DNA from: Armatimonadota bacterium
Lineage (GTDB): Bacteria; Armatimonadota; Fimbriimonadia; Fimbriimonadales; Fimbriimonadaceae
DNA length: 64,000 nucleotides
Direction: 5' to 3'
Assembly: GCA_031400935.1 (NCBI GenBank)
Contig: JANNQV010000027.1
Coordinates: 124,001-188,000 of the forward strand
Shown one piece after another: positions 1 to 9,890 of this stretch. The notes below the pieces were generated by a model that saw nothing but the letters and a program-made list of their open reading frames with translations, had not been told where the DNA came from and searched no databases. The first letter of the stretch is position 1, and the number at the start of each line of letters is the position of its first letter. The position numbers were made by a program, and so were the translations under genes.

Positions 1-5
1 TTGTC

Positions 6-1862
6 GTGCCGTATCGGGGGAAGTTCTTCCTCGGCATTCTTCTTCTCCTATTTGCAGTCCCACTAGGACAATTTGCAATTTTCCTGACGAGGGATGTGAC
101 AAACAACGCCTTAACGGCAGTTCAGCTTTCGAGCACTGAGCGTTGGGAAACTGTCATTCGAGTCATTTCCATCCAGTTTTGCTTTTGGTTAGCAAGCAAC
201 TTGCTATCCGTTTGGCGTGAAGTCCTCGAATGGTACACGTCAATGAAATCCACCTTTGATTTGAGGATCAAGTTCTACAAGCACCTTCAGCGACTTCCAA
301 TGAGCTTTCTGAGCAAGAGGAGCCCAGGCGAACACCTTTACCGATCTACCGCCGATATGGTCTCCATGTTCAAAATCGGAAACCGAATTGAGACCGTTAC
401 CCCCGCGGGCCAAATGCCCCCAGACAGTAAAGAAGTCCAACTTAGCTATCACTACTCCAATGACGTTGACCCATTTGATCCTGGGGTCATGGGAATGATC
501 ACTCGGTCTATGCCGTTGTTCATCGAGACTTTGTACGCCTTGGGTTGGGGAGCCGCACTTCTGTTTCTCATTGACCCATTTCTTTCAGTTTGTCTAATCG
601 CATACATCATTCCTTTTTCTGCGATTTCGTATTTCTCATTCAATAGGGTTCAACATGCGGCGTTCAAATTCAAAGCGAATACGGAAATCGAAACAGGAGT
701 TTTGCGAGACAGCATTGCCGGAATGAGGGTTCTGAAATCGCTTGGACGGACTCGATTCCAACTCGGAAATTATTTCCATGCTGCCGGTCAAGCTCGCACG
801 GCTGGCGTGAATATGGCATGGCAGCTCGTTTTGACGCAGAACGTTTTGCAGCAAGGAATGCGCTGGATATTTACTGCAAGTTTGTACCTATATTTGGCCC
901 TTCGCATAGTAAAGGGCCAGGCCACGATCGGCGATTGGGTGGCGACGGCACTGCTTATTGAGGCAACCCAAATGCCGCTTCAGAATTTCGTACAGCTTCT
1001 CCAACTGCTCAAAATGCAAGCCGTTCCCGCATCCCGAATCGTAGAAACGATGCAAATAGAGCCAACACTCGTTGACAAACCGAATGCATTCCATTTGAGC
1101 GATTTTGAAGGGAAGATAACCTTTGAAAACGTAGAATTCGCGTATGAAGCTGGCAGGCCAGCTTTGGCAAATCTGAGCCTGAATATCGAGCCTGGAGAAT
1201 ACATCGGCATCGTGGGGCCTAGCGGTGCTGGCAAAAGTTCGCTTGCCAATTTGGCTCTACGACTCTATGCTCCCGATTCAGGCCGAGTCATGATTGACGG
1301 CCATGATCTATCTGATATTGAACTCCAGAGCTATTTGGATCACGTCGGAACGGTGCCGCAAACTACATATTTGTATTCGGGCACTGTTCGTGACAACATA
1401 TTGTTCGGAAACCCTTATGCCTCTGACGAGGACCTCGGCGAGGCAGTTGTCCGATCCGGACTGGAATCGTATGTGACCCGCCATCTCGATGGCTTGGAAA
1501 GCTGGATCGAGGACGATTCGAACTTGTCGGGCGGCGAGAGGCAGCGGATCGGAATTGCAAGAGCACTCGTTCGAAATGCAAAAATTCTCATTCTCGACGA
1601 AGCAACCGGGAGCCTGGACCCAGCAACGGAGCAAACCGTATTAGAAACCATAGAGACCGTTCGGCTAGGACGGACAGTAATTTCAATCGCACATAGGCTG
1701 AAAGCTGTCGCGCCTTGCGATCGAATTTATGTCTTAAATGAAGGCTGTGTTGTTCAGCAAGGAACCCACAATTCACTCATAGCTGAACCCGGTTTGTACC
1801 AGGAGCTTTGGAACCAGCAAAGCGAACAAAGCGGCGGAGCGACAGGAGCAGCGAATGACTGA
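6..1862 (+). CDS. ABC exporter subunit (TMD + NBD); 5' end probably lies before the window
   Basis: TM helices then Walker A GPSGAGKS, signature LSGGERQR, Walker B ILILDEAT, H-loop AHRL; frame is open at the window edge. Confidence 0.9.
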   Translation: MPYRGKFFLGILLLLFAVPLGQFAIFLTRDVTNNALTAVQLSSTERWETVIRVISIQFCFWLASNLLSVWREVLEWYTSMKSTFDLRIKFYKHLQRLPMSFLSKRSPGEHLYRSTADMVSMFKIGNRIETVTPAGQMPPDSKEVQLSYHYSNDVDPFDPGVMGMITRSMPLFIETLYALGWGAALLFLIDPFLSVCLIAYIIPFSAISYFSFNRVQHAAFKFKANTEIETGVLRDSIAGMRVLKSLGRTRFQLGNYFHAAGQARTAGVNMAWQLVLTQNVLQQGMRWIFTASLYLYLALRIVKGQATIGDWVATALLIEATQMPLQNFVQLLQLLKMQAVPASRIVETMQIEPTLVDKPNAFHLSDFEGKITFENVEFAYEAGRPALANLSLNIEPGEYIGIVGPSGAGKSSLANLALRLYAPDSGRVMIDGHDLSDIELQSYLDHVGTVPQTTYLYSGTVRDNILFGNPYASDEDLGEAVVRSGLESYVTRHLDGLESWIEDDSNLSGGERQRIGIARALVRNAKILILDEATGSLDPATEQTVLETIETVRLGRTVISIAHRLKAVAPCDRIYVLNEGCVVQQGTHNSLIAEPGLYQELWNQQSEQSGGATGAAND

Positions 1863-3663
1863 ACTTGAAGCCAGATCGCTCGGTCCGGACTACCGCCAGA
1901 ATTCGTGGAAGGCGTTCCGCTTTGTGCTCACATTCATCAAGCCGTTCTTGCCGCGGCTCTTATTGGTGTGCCTCTTGGACATCAGCATTTCACTTACAAA
2001 TCTGACGATTCCATGGTTTGGCAAGGCGATTATTGACCAAGGCTTTCCAAGTCGAGATTGGAATCAAGTCCTGATCTTAGCTCTCGCAGTGGCGGGATTG
2101 ACCGGATTTTTATACGGCATGGTTGGGCTTCGTACTTTCTTATATAACTCAACAGAAATGCTTCTCGGCCTTTCGATGCGACGAAAAATCTACGGGCACT
2201 TACAAGACCTTTCGCTTGACACAATCGAATCTATTCCGGTTGGTCAGCAGCAATTCAGAATCATCACTGACGCCGACCGAATCGCACACATGCTAGTGAG
2301 AATTCTGCCTACGTTGACTCTGCTGGTCGAATTTGCCCTCATTTTGACTGCTGCAATTTATGTTGAACCAATCCTGACGATGATCGTTCTTGGATTTCTG
2401 ATACCTTGGACATTTCTGTTCGTGTACGTTACGCATTTCGGGCGAGCATTCGACCGCAGGCGCCTTCGTTTTGCAGAAATGAGGGATTCTGGAATACTTC
2501 AAGCTGCTAGGAGCTTTTCAACGATCAAGAGCCTAGGGCGAACCAGAGAAGAAGTTCACAGAAACACTACCGCAAACATATCGGTTCAGCGAATTGCGAA
2601 TCAGGGTTATCTCATTTTGATCGGTTTCGAATTTGTTACTCTAAAACTGCTTCCGTATATAAAATCAACGATTATCTTCCTCTATCTTGCTGCAAAAGTT
2701 GTCGGCGGACAAATGACTTTGGGAATGACAGTTCCGATGATCGCCTACCTTTCGCGGCTCGCATTTCCGCTGGAGCGAATCGTCAATTTTGGATGCTGGA
2801 TTTGGCAAACGATGGTTTCCGCCGAGCGGATCATGTTGCTCATGGAAACGAAGCCAGCGATTCAAGATGCCGAGGATGCGATTCGAGTGGAAGCGTTTAG
2901 TGGACAAATCGAGTTTGACAATGTTTGTTTTGATCGCCCAGAGGTTGGACGGGTTCTTGATAACGTATCCATCAGGCTGGACGCAGGATCATTGACGGCG
3001 ATCGTAGGGCCAAGCGGTTCTGGAAAGAGCACGCTCGTTGATCTCTTGCTTCGAAATCTGGATCCCTCTGAAGGTCAAGTGCTTGCGGACGGAGCGAATC
3101 TTGAGGCATTGCATCGAAACAGCTTTGTTCGCCACATTGGTACGGTAACTCAAGAAACATTTATCTTTGGCGGGTCGCTGGCAGATAACCTTCAGATAGC
3201 CAAACCCTATGCAACTGAATCAGAACTAGAAACCGTGCTTCAACAAGTAGACCTCTTGTTTTGGGTGAACCAACTCCCCGAAGGCATAAATCAAGACCTG
3301 GAGGGCGGGATTGGATTATCGGCTGGACAGAGGCAGCGAATCGGCATTGCTCGTGCCCTTTTGACAACTCCATCGCTCCTCATTCTCGATGAACCTACGT
3401 CGGCATTGGATTCGGAAACCGAAGGACACATTATGGAAACCATTCGGCGAGTTTCAGTAGGTAAGACCGTACTCTTGGTAACTCACAGAATGAACACCGT
3501 AGTCCAGGCAGATAACATTTTCGTTTTGGATCGCGGCAAAGTTGTGGAGTCTGGAAAACATTCTGAACTAATCGCTAAAAGGGGACTTTACACAGAAATG
3601 GAATGGCTTCACAAAGCAACGACTGCTGAATCAAAGAATTTTCGGGAGACTCAAGCAAGATGA
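1855..3663 (+). CDS. ABC exporter subunit (TMD + NBD), likely heterodimer partner of the previous gene
   Basis: GPSGSGKST, LSAGQRQR, LILDEPT, THR; overlaps the previous gene by 8 nt. Confidence 0.9.
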   Translation: MTELEARSLGPDYRQNSWKAFRFVLTFIKPFLPRLLLVCLLDISISLTNLTIPWFGKAIIDQGFPSRDWNQVLILALAVAGLTGFLYGMVGLRTFLYNSTEMLLGLSMRRKIYGHLQDLSLDTIESIPVGQQQFRIITDADRIAHMLVRILPTLTLLVEFALILTAAIYVEPILTMIVLGFLIPWTFLFVYVTHFGRAFDRRRLRFAEMRDSGILQAARSFSTIKSLGRTREEVHRNTTANISVQRIANQGYLILIGFEFVTLKLLPYIKSTIIFLYLAAKVVGGQMTLGMTVPMIAYLSRLAFPLERIVNFGCWIWQTMVSAERIMLLMETKPAIQDAEDAIRVEAFSGQIEFDNVCFDRPEVGRVLDNVSIRLDAGSLTAIVGPSGSGKSTLVDLLLRNLDPSEGQVLADGANLEALHRNSFVRHIGTVTQETFIFGGSLADNLQIAKPYATESELETVLQQVDLLFWVNQLPEGINQDLEGGIGLSAGQRQRIGIARALLTTPSLLILDEPTSALDSETEGHIMETIRRVSVGKTVLLVTHRMNTVVQADNIFVLDRGKVVESGKHSELIAKRGLYTEMEWLHKATTAESKNFRETQAR

Positions 3664-4916
3664 AATCAAATTTTCCGCGCGAATGGCGAACACAGAGCAA
3701 GTGGAAGCAACGTTTTTATGTTCGTTACATGAAATGGCTTGAAAGGCTCGGCTATGTTCTCGTAACGCTGGTGATCGGGTCGTTTATATTTGCGTTCAAC
3801 TACAAAGTTGACGAAGTTATCAAAGCCGACGGCGTGACTATCGAGCCCGAAACATTCTCAGTTCTTGCTACGGACGAGACACGAATCGTTAGCTGGCTCA
3901 TAAAACCAGGCGAAAGCGTTCGGGAGGGTCAGCCCGTTCTCGCTATCGTTTTGGGGCAAAGGAACGTTGACAGATTTGAATTGCATATCCAGCTTCAAAA
4001 TCTGAACAGACAAACAGGTGGCGATATACGAATTCAAGAACTTCTCTCAAAAAATCCGATGCCGCCGCTTTTAACAATCAAGGCACCGGCAACAGGATAT
4101 TTCTTTGTTACAAAGCTCGACGACGAAATGCAGGCAAATTTCAGCAATGGGCAAGAATTAGCCAAGGTAGTAAATTTCGGCTCACTCCGATTGAAGCCAA
4201 GTTTGAGCGGACAATCGGTTTCAAGGGCCGAAGCCGGGCAATCAGCAAAAATCTCATCCATAGTTATTGAGCCACGATCGGGAATCATCTTTCGAAGCTC
4301 AGACGGAAACACCCCCATTCTTTCGAGCGAATTGATCTCGGATGAATTCAAAACAAAAGTTGACACGCAATTGCTTGGGAAATCTGTGAGAGTAGTTGAT
4401 GACATACTATTAATTATTGATGAGGTCGTTGCGATTGATCTTGAAGCGAAATCAACGACTTCACAAGCACCCGAGTCTTGGAGTTTTCAAACGCTTGATC
4501 CTCTCGCCACCGAAGTTGCAACGGGTAGGGTTTTCGATGGACATCACTCGGCTACATTGCAAATTGCCAAATTGCCAAGTTCAATTTCTGAACCACTTCT
4601 TCGTGCCATTCAAATCGAAGCAAAAGACAAACTGATTCATCGAGGCGATGGCAGGTACTTCACCATAAAGAGCATTGATGACATCAATGCGATTATAAAA
4701 GTCAAAGCAAGCGCCGATTTTGATGGTCTCAACAATCCTCTTTCCGGCGCTGTGATTTCAAGGACATTTGATGCTGAAATTTATGTGGAAAGCCCTAGTT
4801 TTGCACTAGCTTCGGCGGTAAGAAAGGCCTATTTGGATGGTCGAAAAGTTACTTGCAAAGTCGAAGTCAAAACCGGAAGCCGCCCGCTTGTACTTACCCT
4901 TTTGAAAAAATCATGA
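3660..4916 (+). CDS. HlyD/membrane-fusion-like periplasmic adaptor (divergent)
   Basis: Single N-terminal TM, lipoyl-like motifs (IKPGESVREGQPVL ... IKAPATG), C-terminal VKTGSRPLV..LL as in HlyD proteins; ATGA overlap with the ABC gene. Confidence 0.6.
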   Translation: MKSNFPREWRTQSKWKQRFYVRYMKWLERLGYVLVTLVIGSFIFAFNYKVDEVIKADGVTIEPETFSVLATDETRIVSWLIKPGESVREGQPVLAIVLGQRNVDRFELHIQLQNLNRQTGGDIRIQELLSKNPMPPLLTIKAPATGYFFVTKLDDEMQANFSNGQELAKVVNFGSLRLKPSLSGQSVSRAEAGQSAKISSIVIEPRSGIIFRSSDGNTPILSSELISDEFKTKVDTQLLGKSVRVVDDILLIIDEVVAIDLEAKSTTSQAPESWSFQTLDPLATEVATGRVFDGHHSATLQIAKLPSSISEPLLRAIQIEAKDKLIHRGDGRYFTIKSIDDINAIIKVKASADFDGLNNPLSGAVISRTFDAEIYVESPSFALASAVRKAYLDGRKVTCKVEVKTGSRPLVLTLLKKS

Positions 4917-7024
4917 GCACGCAACACGAACTTTCAATGAACTCGGTTGAATTGCCGAAACCGGTATCCAGCCCTGATCATCCCGATTATGTCAATCGGG
5001 TGTATGCAGGCGTTTTGGGCAAGATTATTGGCGTGTATCTTGGAAGGCCGGTCGAGAACTGGACTCACGAGCGCATTACCAGAGAGATCGGCGAAATTTC
5101 GTATTACATCCATGAACAGCTTGGCCGTCGCCTCATCATCACCGACGATGACATTTCGGGAATGCTCACATTCTTGCGGGCGATTGAAGACTACGGATAT
5201 GACCCAAACTTAACTGCGCAGCAAATCGGCCAAACATGGCTGAACTATCTGATCGAAGAAACTACAATTCTTTGGTGGGGCGGACTTGGGAATTCAACAG
5301 AACATACTGCATATTTACGCCTAAAGGGCGGCATTCCTGCACCAGAAAGCGGATCAGAAGCTACCAATTCCCGCACGGTTGCTGAGCAAATTGGCGGCCA
5401 GATTTTCATTGACGGTTGGGGGCTTATCAATCCTGGCGAACCTGAAAGGGCCGCTGACTTTGCTCGAAGAGCAGCCAGTGTGAGTCACGACGGAGAGGCG
5501 ATCTATGGTGCTCAAGTCATTGCGGCGATGATTGCACAAGCTTTCGTAGAAACCGACATTCAAAAACTCATAGACGTTGCCTTGCAGCAGATTCCGGGAA
5601 ATAGCACTATTCAAAGGCTTTGTGAAGACCTGAGGAGTTGGCATCAGTCTGAACCCGATTGGAGAGTCAATCGCGCCCGACTGGAAGAAAACTATGGCTA
5701 TCACAAATTTAAGGGTCAGTGTCATATCATTCCAAATCACGGACTCATCATTCTCGGCCTATTGCACGGAGACGGCGATTTCGACGAATCCTTGAAAATC
5801 ATCAATACTTGCGGATGGGACACCGATTGCAATTCAGGAAATTTGGGCACCATTTTGGGGGTTCGAAATGGACTTGACGGATTGAACAAGCATGATTGGA
5901 GAGGTCCTGTCGCCGACCGGCTTTACCTGCCATCGGCAGATGGCGGAAGTTCAATCACCGACGCTGCAGCAGAATCCATTTGGATCGCGAATGCGGCTCG
6001 GCTCATGCGAGGAATGGAGCCAATTGATCCTGGATATGGACATCGCTTTCATTTCAAGCTTCCCGGAAGCGTTCAAGGTTGGCATGCTCTAAACGAAAAC
6101 GGAAAGATGAGCCACTGCTATTGCAAAGAAGGCTACGGTGCACTTGAAATGGCTCAGGACGCAGAAACAGGAGAGTCTTTTGCGTGTTCTACACCAACAT
6201 TTATTCCGCCAGATACAAAAGACATGGTTACGGGCTATGTACTTGTTGCGTGTCCAACTCTATATCCTGGGCACACAGTTAAAGCCAACTTGACTGGACT
6301 AATGGATTCTAATGTTGGAAGGATGTTTATCGGTCACTACGGTCCAGAAGATGGGAGTATTCGGCATTATGGACCGGAAATTTCTATTGTCAAGGGATCA
6401 GAACTTGATTTGGAATGGAAAATCCCGGAGGTTGGCGGGTACCCCATTCATGAAATCGGAGTCGAAATGGATACTGGCAGCATACAGCTCCATTGGCTAG
6501 ATTGGGGCGGAGTTCCAAAAACTTCATTTCCTCCGGTGGACGGAACCATGTGGGCGCGCGCTTGGGCGAAAGCAATACACCGCTTTGCATTCGTACGTGA
6601 CCGATATGAGTATCTCGCACAAAATTCTGGAACAGGATTATTGATTCAAGGTTCTCGAACTTGGAAAGATTACCGGGTCGAATGTTGCCTTACGCCTCGA
6701 ATGGCAGCTTCTTCAGGGCTTGCCGTTCGAGTTCAAGGTCTGCAAAGATATTACGCATTCCAATTTGGCGAACAAGGCGAGGTACGTTTAGACAAGGTTC
6801 GCGACGGGCACAAAGTATTGGCCAAAGTTGCATTTCCGTGGGAACCGTTTCGAGACTATGATTTCGTCGTTGAAGCTCAAGGTCAAAAATTGAGATTGTT
6901 CATTGACGGTGAGCTAATCCTTCAAGCCACAGATGGCGAGGCACCTCTCGAAACTGGAGCATTTGCATTTGTTGTTGAGGCTGGATGCCTAGGAGCAGGA
7001 ACCCCTTCCATTTCTCCGTTATGA
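4913..7024 (+). CDS. ADP-ribosylglycohydrolase family protein with C-terminal beta-sandwich domains
   Basis: VYAGVLGKIIGVYLGRPVE, TDDD, SHDGEA and GWDTDCN motifs; ATG 4913 overlaps the upstream stop. Confidence 0.85.
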   Translation: MSTQHELSMNSVELPKPVSSPDHPDYVNRVYAGVLGKIIGVYLGRPVENWTHERITREIGEISYYIHEQLGRRLIITDDDISGMLTFLRAIEDYGYDPNLTAQQIGQTWLNYLIEETTILWWGGLGNSTEHTAYLRLKGGIPAPESGSEATNSRTVAEQIGGQIFIDGWGLINPGEPERAADFARRAASVSHDGEAIYGAQVIAAMIAQAFVETDIQKLIDVALQQIPGNSTIQRLCEDLRSWHQSEPDWRVNRARLEENYGYHKFKGQCHIIPNHGLIILGLLHGDGDFDESLKIINTCGWDTDCNSGNLGTILGVRNGLDGLNKHDWRGPVADRLYLPSADGGSSITDAAAESIWIANAARLMRGMEPIDPGYGHRFHFKLPGSVQGWHALNENGKMSHCYCKEGYGALEMAQDAETGESFACSTPTFIPPDTKDMVTGYVLVACPTLYPGHTVKANLTGLMDSNVGRMFIGHYGPEDGSIRHYGPEISIVKGSELDLEWKIPEVGGYPIHEIGVEMDTGSIQLHWLDWGGVPKTSFPPVDGTMWARAWAKAIHRFAFVRDRYEYLAQNSGTGLLIQGSRTWKDYRVECCLTPRMAASSGLAVRVQGLQRYYAFQFGEQGEVRLDKVRDGHKVLAKVAFPWEPFRDYDFVVEAQGQKLRLFIDGELILQATDGEAPLETGAFAFVVEAGCLGAGTPSISPL

Positions 7025-8754
7025 TCAAGACCACTCCTAACCTTCGATCTGTACGCGCTCAGCGGATTTATGGTCCGCTAGGCAAAGCCATGGATGCGAG
7101 CCTAGAAAATCGCTTGAAGAAGTTCATCGTTGATGCAGACTCTGAGCCACTGAAAATCTTTACTCAGGATCAAAAGGAGAACGCTTTTTCGGGCGATTGG
7201 TATGGCGAGCATGTTGGAAAATGGCTGGTGGCGGCGTCGCAAGCGTATGCTCGAACGAACGACCAGGACTTGAGGAAGAATCTTGAAACTGTGCTAGCGG
7301 CACTTTCAAATTGCCAAGAGCCTTCAGGCTATCTCGGAACCTATGCAGTAGACGCGCCATGCCGGTTCACGTCACCTGACGCAGGTACTGTTCGAACTTG
7401 GGACATCTGGACTCATTCATTCATGATTTTGGGACTCTTGGAAGTTGGAACTGCGCTCGACAAGCCAGAACCTATTGAGATGGCCTGCAGGATTGCAGAC
7501 TTGATTCTAAATGCCGTAACTCCAGAGTCGTTGTTGAAGTTTGGAAATCACAACGGTCTCAGCAGTCTCATCATCCTCGAACCGTTCGCTCTTCTTAGTG
7601 CCAAAACAAAAGATCGAAAATATGCTGAGTTTGCAAAAGTTGCCTTAGAATTTGCCGATAAAAATGGACTCAATTTCCTCTCATTTGATCCAAAAATTGA
7701 CGACACAAGCACGATTGGAACTGGGAAAATCTACCAAATTCTCTGGTGCTTGGTAGGGATCGTTGAACTGGCAAACTATCTCGAAATTCCTGCCTGGATA
7801 AGTCAGGTCGAACTCATTTTTGATAATATTGCCGATCATCATTTGACCCCTCAAGGCGGCCCTTGGGGCGGGATTGCTACTCACAAAGAGGTTTTCAATC
7901 CCAAGGGATTTTTCGATCCGAATGGAATGGTGGAAACCTGCTCTGCAGCAACTTGGACAAAGCTTTGCCGAAAACTTTACGAGTGTACAGGCAGGCAATC
8001 CTACCTAGATCGCGCCGAAACGACTCTTTACAATTCGATTCTTGGCGCTGTCAGCAACGATGCGACGGAGTGGATCTACTTCTCCTTTCCAAATGGACGC
8101 CGTAACTACACGTACTACTGGGCATGTTGCAAATCTAGCGGCGCGATGGCACTTGAGGAAGCCGCGCTTCTCATGATGCACCGCACGGAATATGGGATTG
8201 TTGTCCATGGAATCGCGCCATTCTCATTTGAAGAAGGGGAGTTTCATGTTTCTTTAGCTGGCGAACCTGGCGGCGCAAATTGGGATTTGGAAGTTAAGGG
8301 CAATTCAGGCGAAATCCGTTTGCGAAAACCTCAATGGGCCATTATGAAGTTGTCTCCTGAAGTGCGATTTGATCTAAATGAGCAATCGTTTGTCATCGAA
8401 AACCAAAGCGAATCGAAAACTCGCATATCTTTCGAAACTGAAATTCAAGTAACAACGCACACTTACACAGTTGAGCACCATGGGCAAGAAATTGCGCGAA
8501 CCGATTATGCCAATGTTTCATTTGGGCCGTATTCATTTGCCTTTGGCCTTCTTGACGGCGTTCGTAAAGAAGAAACGCTCCTGCTTCCCCGATTGAACCC
8601 GAAATCCGTCTTTAACCTGACCGGAAAGTCACCATTACAAATTGATTTGCGAATTCCGGGTCGAAGCCCTATTCCCATGTACCCGTACTACTTTGCTGGC
8701 GGACAAAACGATGGCACTTGGCGAGCATCTTGGATTCAGGTGGCGTGGCAATGA
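7021..8754 (+). CDS. GH127-like glycoside hydrolase (beta-L-arabinofuranosidase family)
   Basis: GEHVGKWL, QEPSGYLGTY, VETCS and WACC motifs; ATGA overlap at 7021. Confidence 0.8.
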   Translation: MIKTTPNLRSVRAQRIYGPLGKAMDASLENRLKKFIVDADSEPLKIFTQDQKENAFSGDWYGEHVGKWLVAASQAYARTNDQDLRKNLETVLAALSNCQEPSGYLGTYAVDAPCRFTSPDAGTVRTWDIWTHSFMILGLLEVGTALDKPEPIEMACRIADLILNAVTPESLLKFGNHNGLSSLIILEPFALLSAKTKDRKYAEFAKVALEFADKNGLNFLSFDPKIDDTSTIGTGKIYQILWCLVGIVELANYLEIPAWISQVELIFDNIADHHLTPQGGPWGGIATHKEVFNPKGFFDPNGMVETCSAATWTKLCRKLYECTGRQSYLDRAETTLYNSILGAVSNDATEWIYFSFPNGRRNYTYYWACCKSSGAMALEEAALLMMHRTEYGIVVHGIAPFSFEEGEFHVSLAGEPGGANWDLEVKGNSGEIRLRKPQWAIMKLSPEVRFDLNEQSFVIENQSESKTRISFETEIQVTTHTYTVEHHGQEIARTDYANVSFGPYSFAFGLLDGVRKEETLLLPRLNPKSVFNLTGKSPLQIDLRIPGRSPIPMYPYYFAGGQNDGTWRASWIQVAWQ

Positions 8755-9890
8755 CGACGATTTGTGGTGAATTTGGAGACGAAATTCGAGCGGACGTTCA
8801 GGTCATAGTTTCGGATAGTTCCAAACTCGAAGTCAGCGTTTCATCATCCGTCGAGGCGATGTACGGCGATGCCATTCGAGATCAAGTTACTAAAATTCTC
8901 GCTAAATTTGACCATCCGAATTTGCGAATCGAACTAAAGGACTCTGGCGCGCTGCCATTTGTAATTGAGGCACGGGTGGAAGCTGCGATTTGCCAACATT
9001 TGAATCTGAAATTGCCTGGAATCGCAGCCAATCAGAGATCGGTCCAGCGCATTCGCCTTCGTCGGACACGCCTCTATGTGCCAGGAAACACCCCAAAGTT
9101 CTTTACCAATTGTGCATTGCTAAAGCCCGATGCAATCATTCTTGACCTCGAAGATGCCGTAACTGATTCTGCAAAGTTCGCCGCCCGTGCCCTTGTAAGA
9201 AGGGCACTTTCGCAAGATCTATTTGGACAAAGCGAAGTAATGGTGCGAGTCAATCCCGGAAATGCAGGACTTGAAGACATCGTATCAGTCGCCAATCAGG
9301 GCGTCCAAACCTTTTTGATCCCAAAGGTGGAAACTGTTGCCGAAATCGAAGAAATTGACGCTCTTCTCACAAAACTCGGTGCCCCATGCCAATTGATTCT
9401 CCTTATCGAGTCCGCAATTGGAGTAGAGCGCTGCTTCGAGCTTCTTTCAGCCTCAAATCGCATCGTTGGAGCATCTCTAGGTCTCGAAGACTATGTTCTG
9501 GACATTGGAGCAAAGCGCACGGAATCGCAAGCCGAAAGTGCCTTCGCCCAGTCGAGACTCATCAATGCCGCTAGAGCGGCAAACGTTGTTCCGCTCGCAT
9601 CGGTTTTCCCAGGATTTGAAGACCTTGACCAAGTTTTCAGATATGCGAAAACTGCCCAAAGCATGGGTTGTGAAGGCGTTGGATGCATTCACCCAAGCCA
9701 AATTCGTCCGGTTCATGATGCTTTTCGGCCCTCATATGACGAAATTGATGCGGCGAGGAAAGTTGTAGAGGCATTTGAGCAAGCCACAAATGACGACCGT
9801 GGCGCAATTAGTGTCAATGGCAGAATGGTAGATCGCCCGGTCTACGAACGCGCCAAGCGAACCCTCGAGCTTGTAGAGGCATCTCGATGA
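8751..9890 (+). CDS. citE: Fusion of citrate-lyase ACP-like domain (CitD) and citryl-CoA lyase (CitE)
   Basis: N-terminal SSVEAMYGDAIR...KDSGALPFVIEARVEAA is CitD-like; then RRTRLYVPG, ILDLEDAV, PKVE, LIESA, CIHPSQI, GRMVDRP. Confidence 0.85.
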   Translation: MTTICGEFGDEIRADVQVIVSDSSKLEVSVSSSVEAMYGDAIRDQVTKILAKFDHPNLRIELKDSGALPFVIEARVEAAICQHLNLKLPGIAANQRSVQRIRLRRTRLYVPGNTPKFFTNCALLKPDAIILDLEDAVTDSAKFAARALVRRALSQDLFGQSEVMVRVNPGNAGLEDIVSVANQGVQTFLIPKVETVAEIEEIDALLTKLGAPCQLILLIESAIGVERCFELLSASNRIVGASLGLEDYVLDIGAKRTESQAESAFAQSRLINAARAANVVPLASVFPGFEDLDQVFRYAKTAQSMGCEGVGCIHPSQIRPVHDAFRPSYDEIDAARKVVEAFEQATNDDRGAISVNGRMVDRPVYERAKRTLELVEASR

